Origin: Phaeosaccion multiseriatum
Lineage: Eukaryota; Protista; Ochrophyta, other classes
Assembly (NCBI GenBank): GCA_965112735.1
Contig: OZ218950.1
Span: 1,736,001-1,800,000 of the forward strand
DNA: 64,000 bases
Direction: 5' to 3'
In this document: positions 11,657-24,368 of the stretch, piece by piece
How positions within the stretch are numbered: position 1 is the first letter of the stretch
Layout: every line of letters begins with the position of its first letter
The notes under the pieces: generated by a model
Database searches by the model: none
The model's input: the letters and a program-made list of their open reading frames with translations, nothing else
What the model was told of the DNA's origin: nothing
Program-made: the position numbers and the translations under genes

Positions 11657-13863
11657 TCATCTTGAGACGCATCGCACCGTCGCTGCAGCAATGGGCACTC
11701 CTGTGGGCACCGGGCCCACCCAAGTCCGCTTCGGCCGCCTGAGGCTCCTCAGCAGCTGGGCCTCGAAGAGACTCACCACAGCCGGGCACTTGTCCAAAGC
11801 GAGCAGGAATGCCTCCTTCTGGATCTCTCGCCTGCTGCTGCCGCTGCTGCTGCTGCTGCTGTTGCCACTGCTACCGCCTGGCCCTGCCGGGGAAGTTAGT
11901 ACTCCGGCCTTCGCTGCTGGCGACGAAGCCGGATCTCCGTTCTCGAGAGGTCTCACGCCCCCCCCCCCTCCTCCTCCTCCTCCTCCTCCTCCTCCTCCTC
12001 CTCCTCCTCCTCCTCCTCCTCCTCCTCCTCCTCCTCCTCCTCCTCCTCCTCCTCCTCCTCCTCCTCCTCCTCCTCCTCCTCCTCCTCCTCCTCCTCCTCC
12101 TCCTCCTCCTCCTCCTCCTCCTCCTCCTCCTCCTCCTCCTCCTCCTCCTCCTCCTCCTCCTCCTCCTCCTCCTCCTCCTCCTCCTCCTCCTCCTCCTCCT
12201 CCTCCTCCTCCTCCTCCTCCTCCTCCTCCTCCTCCTCCTCCTCCTCCTCCTCCTCCTCCTCCTCCTCCTCCTCCTCCTCCTCCTCCCCATGCGACCCCTC
12301 CACTCGCCCCTCCTCCTCCCTTGCTCTTGCCCTTCCTGCTACTGCCAGTAGAAGAGTGCTCTGCCTTGAAGCTTCCCCCTCCAGCGGTGGGCAACTCCAG
12401 CAGGAAGCAGTGCCGCACCATGGTGGCAATCTCATGGATCTCTCTCTCGTTGCTTGCACATAAGGTCATCATTCGGATCACCGCCGTTGCATCTACTTGT
12501 CCCCCGCCGTCTTCCTCACCACCACCACCACCACCACCACCACCACCACCACCACCACCATTGTCTCCGTCTGCTGCCATCTCCCTCTCCTGCCGAGTCA
12601 TTCCTGCTGCTCGTTTGTACGCAGCTCTTTCTGCCACCATATCGACGTAAAATGTCGCATACAAGTCAAACACCCCACACAGCTTGTCGATCACATGCTC
12701 ATTGGGAAGCGCGAGTAACCTCAGGCACGCCAACACGTCCACCCAGTTGATGAACTCCTGAGACCGCCGCCGCCGCTGCTGCTGCTGCCGCTCCTTATCC
12801 ACTGATAATGACGATGATGACTGACCAACAATGCTGCCGCTACCACCACCACCACGACCACTACCACGGGTACTACCCCCGCCACTACTTGTCCTGCCCC
12901 GCATCATCGACGCCGACTTGGCCCTGTTGCTCCTGCTGGTGATGTTGACTGAGCTGCTATCTACAAAGTAGCAAAAGAGCCCGTCGAGGTCGCTAGATGG
13001 GAAGGTGCCCGCCTGCGTCATGAGCACCACTCTTCGGAAGACCTCCTTATCCACCATATGCCCGCAAATGTGACCCCGACCCACTCCCTCCGGCCCTGAA
13101 GCGGCCTCCGCTGCGGCGGCTTTGAAGGTCCTGCCCAGCTCCCATATGCCTCTCAATGCCTCACAGTTGGCATTGGTGGAAGAGGTCGCGAAGGAGCCCG
13201 AGGCCGTCGCAGTAGACGCGGCGCACGATGATACATCTCTACCACCGCCGCCACCACCACCACCACAAGCACCACCGCCACCGCTCGCAGCAACGGAGGA
13301 AGCCGTGGCGGCGCACCCGCTGTACACCATCCGCAGCACCTCCCACTTGCCAACATCGGCCTCGCTCTGGCGCTGCAGTGCCGTGTTGAGGCGTTTGGCG
13401 GCCGAGAACTTCTCAATGGGAGTTACTCCACTCGGGCTGGACATGTACATGAGATCACCCCTCATCTGTCCGTGGCTCTCGTCCAAGGGCCGCGAGGTGC
13501 GCTTGTGGTGCCGCCCGCTCCCTCCCGTGGTGTTGGGACGCGTGGTCATGAACGTGTCCCAATCCAAGTCGACTTCAAAGTCGTCGCCATTGCTGCTGTT
13601 GTTGTTGTTGTGGTGGTGGTGGTGGTTGCTGTTGTTGTTGCTGCTGGTCTTACTCATTCCCTTGCGGGCCCTACTCCTCGTCCTGCTCCTCCCCCCCGCG
13701 GTCTCTGCCCGGCCCTCCAGGACAGTGTTCCTCTCGAGGTATGCGAAGATATGCCTCTCTCGATCCGCCGTTCTCTGCATTCGCTCGGGGATGAGAGTGT
13801 GCGGTGCAGAGGCCACAGGCAGGTCTGTGTTTACGGTTGTCTCCAAGTCATACTGTGCACACA

Positions 13864-13924
<61 letters not shown>

Positions 13925-14867
13925 ACACGCACACACACACACACACACACACATACACACACGCACGCACGCAGGCACGCACACACACATGCATCAACGC
14001 GACGGTGAGGAGGGGGGGGGGGGGGAGATAAGGCGTACATAGAGAGAGGGGCCAACGTCATGACCAGAGAGCAAAGGGGAGGGGTCGACATGCAGCATTG
14101 GGTGCCATGCCTTCCTCTTGTGGCGAGAGGGGCGTCACGCTGGTAATAACCGAAAAGAGCAGCGGTGAGGCAAAGGAAGCTCCTTGCCACTGGAGATGCA
14201 ATAAAGGGGGGATGGAAGAGCTGCGAGTGCTACAGAAGTAAGCAAGAAGAACGAGAAGCAGGGTGTCTCTTACCCAGGGAGCTGGCTGAAGCTTTTTCTG
14301 GGCCGATCCGTGTGGATGGGAGGCGTTCTCTGGCCAGCTCTTGGGCGTGGTAAAGGAGGAAGGATTTGACACCGTGCGTGACTGCAGTGGCAGCGCCCAC
14401 TCGTTGATAAGCAGCTCCTCAGCGTAGCAGTCCTGCGGTCTAGTCTTGCCGGTGCGACTTCCCACCGCCCGTCGAATCATTTGCATGGTGCCTCGGCTGC
14501 CGTACCTACTCGTTGCCGCGAGCGGGGTGCACGCCGAGTACTCTGTCTTGTTCTCATAACCAAAGTACCAGGGCCGCCTCTCGCCGTAATCAATGCTGTG
14601 CTGCACTTCCACAGTGGCCTGTCTCGGCACTACGACTGATCCGTTCCCTCTCACAACAATGCAATCATCCCAGCTTATGTGCGGTCCTTTGTGCTGCTCC
14701 TGCTCGTTCCCGGTCATGCTCTTCCGGCCGCGCCGCTTGGTACCTTTCTTGGCGAGGCTGTGGGAGTAGCCCACGCCGTACAGCTGCGCGACTTGTTGCC
14801 TTCGCTGCATCGTGGCCGAGAGCCCCGGCCCTCCACCTGCTGTCTCAGGTTGCATTGTTGCCGACAT
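11657..14867 (-). CDS. Hypothetical protein with a very long poly-Gly tract and a possible degenerate EF-hand/recoverin-like region; exons 14867-14274, 13852-11657
   Basis: TGG|GTAAGA...CACAG|TAT joins PAPW-YDLETTVN in frame. EFINWVDVLACLRLL...DKLCGVFDLY weakly resembles neuronal calcium sensor/calcineurin B EF regions. Confidence 0.6.
11969..12282. repeat. (CCT)n/(GGA)n microsatellite, about 105 units, in coding frame (poly-Gly)
   Basis: Uninterrupted trinucleotide run read directly from the sequence. Confidence 0.95.
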
Positions 14868-15208
14868 CGTTCCCGCTGCTACAGCTTCTCTTATTGCTGC
14901 CTACAGAGACCACTGCCCTCCTTCAATGGCCCTCATTTGTCCTTGGTTTGGGTTCGGGGCAAACAAATCCACGATTATAAAACGCCAAAAATCAACTGAA
15001 AGTCAAACTCAATTTAGGGACCAGGAGTACAGGAGCACCGAAGTGGGCCGTCCTCTAGACACGCTCATCGAAAGGTGTGGTACTTGTGCCCCTCTCGACG
15101 CAGCACAGTGGCAATAGCCAGCCATGAGTGAGTTAGGCAGCAGCACCAGCAGCAGCAGAGCATAGCACCCTATAGCTCGAGCTGTTTGCTTTTGGCTCAC
15201 ACTCTGAT

Positions 15209-16782
15209 CTATTTCCAAACATTGTCCACGAAGAACACGAACGCCTCCTTGTAGTTCGGTTTTCTGTAGTAGCGGTATCCCGATTTACCTGCGGGAGGGG
15301 GAGTGAGTGAGTGAGTGAGTGAGTGAGTAAGTGAGGGGGAGAGGGAGGGGGGGTCAGTCTGGGAGTCAGTGAGTGAGTGAGTGAATGGGAAGGCCTCAGC
15401 AGCAACAGCAGTGCATATAGCAGAGTCAAAGAGACCATTTCAACCCCAGAGATTCGTGAGAAGAGGAGAGTTGGGTCTCCGAGGTTGGTGAGAAGAGAAG
15501 AGAAGAGATGGGCCGGCCCAACCGCCAGCAACAACAACAACATCACACAATCCTTCCTCAAAGGGTCGAGAGGCAAACAGATCGACTGGATCGGACTCGT
15601 CTCGTTGCCCTCGCCTGTGGACAAACCCTCCCCGCCTTTTCTCTCCTCACTCCCTCCAGTCCCCCCTCCCCCACCCTTCTCGCTGCCCACCTCTGAAGCG
15701 CTTCCTCTGCCCGGCAACGTTTTTGGTCCTGACCTCCCTAACGTTCAGGTTGTATATCTGCGACGAACGAACGAACACACGAAGGCACACGCAACGACAA
15801 GGTGATGATATATGCATGTGTAAGGCGAAGGCGCTCTGTTGCTCAGAGCTACGAAGGCAGGCAGGCAGGCTGGTGTCCAAGCCTTGAAGCGAAAAGAAGA
15901 AACAGTAAGTATCTTCTTCGTCCGAAGAGTCTGTGTATCTATCTTTGTCGCGTATTGCGGAGGTGTGTGGAAGCGAAGTTTGCCGACTTCGGGCACGTCG
16001 CTCGCTCAGTTCGATCATCGGACAACATCGGCAACACCCACACCGCCAGTGCTTCGCTACTCTTCGAGAGAGAAAGGAAAGAACCCTGATCAGCGAGAGA
16101 GGACGACGACGACAAACTGGCCGGTGGATCGAGACCCGATTCATGCCAACTGCGATTGTCCTCGCCTCCAGCGCCGCCCTCCACACGTCTGGCTTCGTCA
16201 CCGCTACCCCATTACCCCAACTCAACTACCCACCTTGGTCAGGTACTCCTTGACGTCCCACTTGGTCATCTTGGGAGGCACTCTGAATTTCGCCACCGGC
16301 CGGCCCTTAGTGGGGGGGCTCACCAGTCTCATGAACATGTTCGGGAACCACACCTTCGCCCCTCTCGAGCTAAGGCCTTGGAGGCCCGTGTGGCCTCCTG
16401 TCATTCCTGCTGAGTTGCTCTCCTCTCCTGTTGTGGACGCTGGTGCTGCTATTGGTGGTGTGGACGAAACTGATGATGGTGATGATGATGATGATGTGGA
16501 TAGCATTCTCTTCTTCAAAACTCCATTGAGACCAGCCATAAAGCCCGTCCTCAGTGAAGGAGGCAAAGAAGGAGACGAGGACTGCGCACCATGCTGGTGC
16601 TCGCTTGCTCTCCCTCCTCCTCCTCCACTGCTACTGCTTTTCGTGCCGTTGATACAAATACGGCAGTATGTCCCTGATTGAAACCGTCTTCCCCCTGTCG
16701 CTGCGCCTATTGCGGCACTCGATGCTTGCCTTCGCAGTCCAGAAGATAGCCTCTGGCGCAGGGCAATCGCCATCCCAATCAT
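15209..16782 (-). CDS. MRPL23: Mitochondrial ribosomal protein uL23m; exons 16782-16234, 15757-15691, 15288-15209
   Basis: R/S-rich presequence. VWFPNMFMRL..FRVPPKMTKWDVKEYLTK|IYNLNVREVRTKNVAG..RYYRKPNYKEAFV matches the uL23 pattern. In-frame TAG at 15209. Confidence 0.88.
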
Positions 16783-17018
16783 CTTTGCCCCTGTTCGTTA
16801 CTCAAGCTCCTTTTTCCCCAGCTCCAAGTGCACGCGTAAATAGATAGACAGACTCCTTCTCCGCTTCGCGCAAGGCGCGACAACAGATAGCTGAGGGGAG
16901 GCAGCTCTTAAGACAGAGGGAGATGGAGGAAAAAGGAGAAAAAATCCGAGTTGGAGTTTCAGCTCCTGCGGCCCTCCCCTTCTTCCCTTTTCCAGACTCT
17001 ACTTGTAGTAGCTTCGTG
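16783..17018. promoter_or_regulatory. Putative bidirectional promoter (uL23m / RRP40)
   Basis: Head-to-head start codons about 236 bp apart. Confidence 0.5.
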
Positions 17019-18023
17019 ATGGAAGACGACGGCAGCGCGGATGGGGGCCAGGCAGAGGCGCTTAGCTTCCTGGATCAGGTCACAAAGGTGAGGAACCATC
17101 CTGCAGAGAGAGAGAGGCCTTGCCGCTCTCACCAGAGAGTGTCTTTTTTAACTTTTTCCCTCTTCGCCCTCTCGCCCTCTCGCCCGCAGATGGTGCAGTT
17201 CGAGCCTTCGGTAGTAATCCCGGGCGACGACGTGACGGCCCGGGTAACGCTCACGGGAGGAAAGCAGCTGCGCCTGGGGCCCGGGCTTCTCATGAAGGGA
17301 GAGAGGGTCGTGGCCACCCGTGCGGGGATGCTGCGCTTCAAATCTAAGAGGACCTTCTGGGTGGAGTCCAATCAGAAGCGATACGTGCCCCGCGCGGAAG
17401 ATCAGGCATGTCAGCTGTCAACTCTGCTCTCTCTCTCTCTCGGGACGTACTGCCTGCCTTCTGCAGCTGCCTCTGGCTATGTGCATTATTATTTACGCCT
17501 ATCGTGTGTTTGTGTCAACACACTCAGGCTGCGATGTTATTCGTACTTACCCTAGTCTTCCCTTCCCGTCCCGTCTATCCATATCCAAGCACAGGTGATT
17601 GGCGTGGTGGAGGACCGCGTCGGAGACTACTATCGCGTGGGTGTGTGGGGTACCTCCCCCACGCTCCTGCCCCTCATGGCTTTTGATGGGGCCACCAAAC
17701 GCAACAAGCCCAACTTGCGCGCGGGTTCCCTGGTGTTCTGCAGGGTAGTCAACGCCAGCAAGGTGGGTTGGGGGTGTGGAGAGGAGGGGCGGGAGGGACT
17801 ACACTCACCTCGCTGGCGCTCTTTGTACGGACATAGGCCCTTTTCCCTTTTGAGTGAAGCCTACGAGGCATGTGTGAGGTGTTGTGCAATCTCCCTCGGT
17901 GGTGTCAGGTCTACGTGGGAAAGCTCCTCTCTCTCTAGCTCGCCCACTCTTGTCTCTTTCTCTCCCTCAAATACACACAACCCACGCTCCCTCCTCCTCC
18001 TCCTCCTCCTCCTCCTCCTCCTC

Positions 18024-18064
<41 letters not shown>

Positions 18065-18907
18065 GGTGCTACTGCGGCTCTGCTCGTGCTTCCGCAGGAC
18101 ATGGAGCCCGAGCTGACATGTTGTGCGGGGGCATCGTCAGCCAACAAGAAGGACTGGATGACAGGCGAGGCCATCTATGGAGAGCTTAGAGGAGGGCTGA
18201 TGATGAGATGCAGGTAAGTCAACAAGGGGAGGGAGGAATTGGAGGGAGGGAGGGAGGGAGGGAGGGAGGGGGTGACTGTCTCACTGACTGAGTCAGTGGG
18301 CGCGTGTGGGAGGGAGGGAGCGGGCGAGGCGAGAGAAGGGGCGAGGCTTGCATCGATCGACTCGGCTGTGATTTACGCCACTTGTGATTCACGCCAGAGC
18401 AAGACGGCGCAGCACGATGATAGAGAGACAAGAAGCGGGAACATGAGGGAAGGGAGAGAGAGAGCGGCGAGAGTGAAACGGACTTAGCAGGCGCCTCATC
18501 CTCCCCTCTTTCTCTGTCGAATCAGCCTGTGTCCTCAGTTTTTACATCTCCTCCTCCTCCTCTTCATCTTCTTCCCCCTCCCCCTCCTCCTCCTCCTCCT
18601 CCTCCTCCTCCTCCTCCTCCTCCTCCTCCTCCTCCTCATCCCCCCCCCCTCCAGCGCAATGCACGCCCGGAGCATGCTCAGGCCTGACTGTGTGGTGCTC
18701 AATGCCCTCGGCCGGCGCATCCCCTTCGAAGTGGTGATTGGTCTGAATGGCGCCTTTTGGGTCAACGCAAAGGAAACACGGCACGTGGTGGCCCTGGCCA
18801 ATGCCATTCTCAACGCGGATGTGATGGATGACGCGGAGACTGAGGCGATGGTGGAGAGACTGTGGAGAGAGCTACTGAAGAAGGATAAGGAGGAGAGCAG
18901 CGGCTAG
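17019..18907 (+). CDS. RRP40: Exosome complex component RRP40; exons 17019-17087, 17190-17405, 17595-17762, 18098-18213, 18655-18907
   Basis: Motifs VIPGD, RLGPGL, KRYVPRAEDQ|VIGVV, AFDGATKRNKPNL, DMEPELTC, GEAIYGELRGG and PFEVVIGLNGAFWV. Intron 2 needs a GC donor (CAG|GCATGT). Confidence 0.95.
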
Positions 18908-20384
18908 GGCTGACGGGGGATGGCAGCTGACGGACAGACGGATGGCAGCCAATGGGATGGAGGGAGAAGATGGCAGCTGACGGACAGACGGGCGGATGGA
19001 GGAATGGCAGCCAACTGGAATGCACAAGCAAACCATGCAGCTGATGAGGCACATGGAAAACGGGGGGGGTCAGCGGTTTGGCTCCAATCGTTCGCTTCAG
19101 CCAGCCCCATGCCACACAAGGCCGCCAGGAGGTGGAGCTGCAAGTGGGACACTGAGGCTACGGTATACAGGGTATGTGCCAACGCACAGCAACACCCAGA
19201 CAGAGGCCTCTTTCTTCACGGCGCTTAGACGAGGATGGAGGGGAGGGGGGCTCTGCTCTGCCTGGTGCTCTCATACACGCATGCCCTTGGCCACACTCGC
19301 CCCGCCCCGCCCCTTCTTCTGGTATCGTATATGTGTAGTGTGTGTATGCCTGCGAAGTGCCCCAGTTGGTGTTACAGCACGCACGCACGCAGGCACACAC
19401 ACACACGAGTGGGAGTGGGTTGGTCGACGAGGCGTGGCGTCAGAGTGTCGCGCTGATTGATGGCCAAGGCTGAACTTGGAAATGTGTTCCCGTGTGGGGT
19501 GTGCCCAACGGTGGGTGGATGGATACACACGCGTGCACGCAGGCACGTCGACCTGCCATAAGGCGGAGGCGGAGACGGAGAGGAGAAGCGCGTCGGACCC
19601 AATGGAATGAGTGAGTGAGTGAGTGAGTGAGAACCTCTACACTGTCACTGGGGGCAGTTCCACCCCTCCCCTCGGAGTGAGAGAGAGAGACAGAGGGTAG
19701 GCATGATGTTTCGTTTGTCCTGACGCCAGGCACTAAGTACATGGCCATCGCCTAGAAGGAAGGCCAGAGGGTGGCGCTTGCGTCTGGCGGAGGAGGGTCT
19801 GTATGTAACGTCCACTCGCGGAATCGTGCATGTGGACCCACCTATGCTTCTGTGGGTCTTGCTTGCTTAGAGGAAGAACTTCTTCCAGTACTTGTGTACT
19901 TCCTCCAATCTTGCAAGAAGTACAGAGGCTGACGAAGGTCGCCACGCACAACGACGCGAGTGGAGGATGCCAACGGCAAGCACAGGAGATTGTGGTACTT
20001 AGAAGCCCACCCCCGATTCAAGGGTCACACCAAACACGTCAAGCCCCCTTCCTCCCGACAAAAGGGGCACAACGAACGATGTTTTTTTTCCATGACATTT
20101 TTACGTTAAGAATAGCAATTCTTGTTGTATGATATCCCCACCCACGCACTTAAGTATGGGTAAGTACCTATTTGTTGAAGGAAAAGGAGAGGGAGTACGT
20201 CAAAACGCCAAACGCGTCCGACGTGAAACAGTCGGCTACCTACTTTCAACACCCCGCACATACCACAGCTACCCATATGCCTACACCCTGCCCTCCCCTC
20301 CCCTTGGGCCTTCACCCTGCCCTGCTCTACCCATACCATCCTCTACCCTGTCCTTGTGCCGCTCACCCATACCCACTACTATAT

Positions 20385-21148
20385 CTACCAACGGTGCTCC
20401 GAAAGCGGGAAAGCGGCGCGCATTTCAAGGGCACCTCTTCTTCTCGCCGCCGCCCCTGCACCCCCCGTCCCATCCCTTCCTCCTCCCCCTCCCATCATTC
20501 CCATCTGCTCGGCCACTTGCAGCTCCCGCACCAGGCCACTCCAGGTGATGCCCAGCTCATGGAGACGCAACTCCAGCTCCAACACCGCAGCCTTCGCAGC
20601 AGAGGCGACAGAGCCAGCAGAGGCAGCACATGTCTCCCTTGGTAGAGTTTCCCACCTCGCTTCAACACCACGACCGTCGTGATCATCTTCATCGTCAAGG
20701 TCAGTAAAGTCTTCATCCAGGTCGCCAAACTCGGTGCCACACAGGACGTAATCCACCGCCATGCTGCCCACCCGCGCCAGCCCTTCGGCTGTAAACTCCA
20801 TGCCGAGCTCCCTCCACTCCTCTTTCTCCTTCTGCTGCTGCCCCTCCTCCTTCTGCTGCTGTCCCTGCTCCTGCTGCTGTTCCTGCTGCCACAGCTGCTC
20901 TGCGCCAGAGCAAAGGTGCTCCTCAAGAGAGACAGCCTCGGCCAGCAGGTGGTGGCACTGCTGCCTCAGGGCGACCAAGAGCGACTCCTCCTCCCTCGAC
21001 TCGGTCGGCACCGCTAACCCAGTCCCTTCCACATCGCCGGCCGGCAGAGGTAAGTCGTCCTCTGTGTGGACTGCGTCCCCTCCATTCTGATGAGTATCGC
21101 CATCGGCCGCCCCTCCGGCTGCTCCGTTCGATGTTGCCGTACCACCAA

Positions 21149-21193
<45 letters not shown>

Positions 21194-24100
21194 ATGAGGA
21201 TGGTGGTGGTGGCGCTGGTGGTGGTGGTGCTGCTACTACTTCCAACGCTCCTCCTCCTCCTCCTCCTCCTCCTGCTGCTGCTCCTGCTGGCGGGGGCTGA
21301 TGGAGCAGTAATAGCTGGATGAGGTTTTGCTCTACGACGGGCAGGAACAAGGCCACGCCCTCTCTCACACGGGCCAGGCGCTCACCGAGGGAAAGCTCCC
21401 CTTGTCCTGACTCCTTCAAAGACAGGAGAGAAGGGAGGGCCACTGATCCAACTTCACCACCGCCTGTCTCACCGCATCTTCCTCTTCCTCCCCCTCCTCC
21501 TCCTCCTCCTCCTCCTCCTCCTCCTGCTGCTGCTGCTCCTACTCCTGCTGCTGCTGCTGCTGCTTCTGCTACTCTATTGCCGCTACTGGTGAACGTCCGC
21601 CGACCCTTCATCAGTGCCTCTACACCGCCGCCTCTTTCATTCAAACTGGTGCCATTCCTCCCTCGCAGCATCTCCGATGGGACCTTGCCAACCGAAGAGG
21701 AAGACACCGATGAGGAGGATGATATCGTCCCTGCACCTGAGCCTTGAGGGAGAGAGCTCTTCTTCCCGGCTGCAAATAGCGGTACTGACACCTGCCCCTT
21801 CTTCTTCATGGCTACCGACCACGCATCTCTCCTCCCCCCCTTCACCTTGGTCTCCAAGTGTAACGCTTGGCCTCTCTCCCTCTCCCTCTCCCTCTCCCTC
21901 TCGCTATCCCTATCCCTTCCCCTCTCCCTTTCCCTCTGCTCCCTGTCTCCACCCTGCTGCTGCCCCTTCTCTCCCACCCCTCTTGTTCTATCGTAGTCTC
22001 CGCCTCCTCCGGACGTGAGCACCGTCATTTCAGACGGAACGACGCTTCCCTCTCCATCTGATGTCCCGCGCCTTTCCTTCCCCTGTCTACCCTCCCTCTC
22101 CTCTTCCTCAACTTCTCTTTCTGAATTGTTCTCCCCAACCGCTTCCTCCTCCCTCTCCCCCTCCTCCTCCTCCTCCTCCTCCTCCTCCTCCTTCTGCCCC
22201 TCAGCGTCTTCTTTTCTCGCGTCTTCGATGGGCACATACCTTCGTCCTTCCCTCCTGAAACGTATTGGAAACATGGCAACCTTACTCACTTTCGAATTCA
22301 GCAGCTCCTCTAACGTGGGGAAAAGCCCCAACCTTCCCCGCTCGTCGGTAAAATAGCCATTCTCGTACACAAGAATGACGTGCCGAATGCCGCTGTCCCC
22401 TCCTCCCCCGTCCGCCGTAGCAGCCATCTGACCGAAGGAGCCTTGCCTATTGAGTCGACTTCCGCCATTCCTTCCATCAGCCCCTCCACCCCCGCCCCCG
22501 CTCCCACCCACACCCACACCCGCACCGCCCCCCCTACCCCTCCTCCCTTTCCCTCCTTGTGCCTCCTTCTGCGAAGCTGCAGCGGCAGAGGAGGAGGTAG
22601 CGGTTGGAGGTGGCTTCTTGGCAATGAAGCTCAGCACAAACTCAGTAGGGCTCTTCCTTCTCAGCAGGAAGGTGCCCTCCGGTCTCCCGCCGCCCTCGAG
22701 CAACAGTCCCTCGGCCTCTTCTCTGCTCAGCCAGCCTCCAAAGTACTGCCAGCCCGCGTCTGACCCCGCTCCTGCTGCTGCTGCCCCTCCTGCTGCTGCG
22801 CCCTCTCTCCTCCCTCGTGCCTCCTCCCCGCCCTCCTCGCTCGAGGGCCCCGTGGAGAGAGGCTGGACGCCCTGCTCCAGTGCCCGCCAAAACAAGACCT
22901 CTAAGCCTCGCTCGTTGACTGCCACTGCGGAAGGACTACCCACGGGAGCGGTCGATGTGGTGGTGGTGGTGGTGGTGGTGGTGGTGGTGGTGGTGGTGGT
23001 GGTGGAGGAGGAGGAGGGGGAGGAGAAGAGCGTACGCTTCAAGCCGACGGGCAGCGGATCAGGCCTTGGTGGTGATATAGTAGCAGCAGCTGCTGCAGGA
23101 TTTGGTGATACGCCTTGAAGGCTGTCCAGCTCCTCCTGCTGCTGTCTGAGACGCTCGTTGCGCTGCTTCATCATGAGCGAGTAAAGCACGCGCATGACTT
23201 CAGATACCGACAACTGGCGACTGAGCACACCACTGATCCTCTCTGCTTGACTTTCTTCATCATCCCAATCGCCCCCCCCCTGGCCCGTCCCACTCGGCTT
23301 GGATCCACCGCTGCCGCGGCGAGAGCCACCAGCGCCACCAGCGCCAGGGGCACTAGAGCCACCGGCGTAGCTTCCCCAACCTCCTCTCCTCCTCCGGCCG
23401 ATGTCGTAATCACCGAGAGACTCATTCCCCACCGTACTGTGCCACTTGCCTGAGAAGGCCGCGGCGGTGGTATAGGCGTTGAGCGCCTTCTTGCCCGCCA
23501 CGTACATGTCGGCCAAGTCCGCCTTGTGCGCTAGGAGCATCTTGACAGCTGTGGGGGGTAGGTGGGGGAGAAGGGCAGAGTGCCACTCGTCGACGGCACG
23601 GAGGCTGTGGCTGCTGGAGAGGTCGAAGACAAAGCAGACGGCGGCAGCTGCCGACCCCAGCAGGCCGTGCTGACACGCCGGGCTGTTAAGTTCGCTGGCC
23701 GACACGTCCCAGAGGTGCATCAGCACCTTCCTACTACTGCTGCCTTTGCCATTGCCAGTGTCGTTGCTGTTGCGATTGTCCCCCCTTCGGCCGCTATTCT
23801 TGTCGCTGCTGTGATCCAGGAGCGGGAAGTGCTCCTGGGGAATAATAGTCACGACATCAAAGCCTGTCAAAGAGAAGGAATGGGATAGTAAGAGATAGTG
23901 CGGGACACTGAGACATGGGGGGACGGAGAACGCAACACGGCACCGCCCTTTTTCCTTCTTCCTCCTTCCTTCCTCGCTTCCCCCGTCAACCTCTCTTCTC
24001 TCCCTTACCCTGAGTTGGTACGTAGTCATATTGGAACGACTGATTGGTCAACCTGCGCACTAGACTGGTCTTTCCCACTCCCGGGCCTCCCACGAGCAAA

Positions 24101-24216
24101 ATTTTGAACTCGATGTCATGGTCAATGCCAGAGGAGGTGCGCCGTACGCTACCGCTGGGTCGTTCCTCTCTCAGCCTCTGCTCCTTCTGCGGCTTGGGCT
24201 GCTTCTTAGGCCACAT
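20385..24216 (-). CDS. Rab/Ras-like small-GTPase domain fused to an SH2 domain, with a long low-complexity/helical C-terminus; exons 24216-24009, 23863-20385
   Basis: GTPase: FKILLVGGPGVGKTS (P-loop), YVPTQG|FD (switch I), HLWDVSA (G3 variant), VCFVFDLS, LLAHKADL (G4 variant). SH2: WQYFGGWLSREEAEGLL..PEGTFLLR..FVLSF..IRHVIL..FPTLEELL. Confidence 0.85.
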
Positions 24217-24368
24217 GGCCTCATCACTTCTCGGGGTCAAGCGTTAATTAAAACATGTGAGTCGAACACGGCTGATTTAAGCTTGCGTGTTGGTCATACG
24301 GAGCATGTCTTTCCTGGCCAGGTGTTTATGGTTGCCTCTGCTGCGTGTGCAGCGCGCGAGGAGAAGGG
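24217..24368. promoter_or_regulatory. Putative bidirectional promoter (Rab-SH2 / EamA transporter)
   Basis: Divergent ATGs only about 150 bp apart. Confidence 0.45.

Noticed and set aside
19000-20380. Short ORFs between RRP40 and the Rab-SH2 gene
   Set aside because: No conserved motif or convincing exon chain; they may be UTRs or unrecognised 3' exons.
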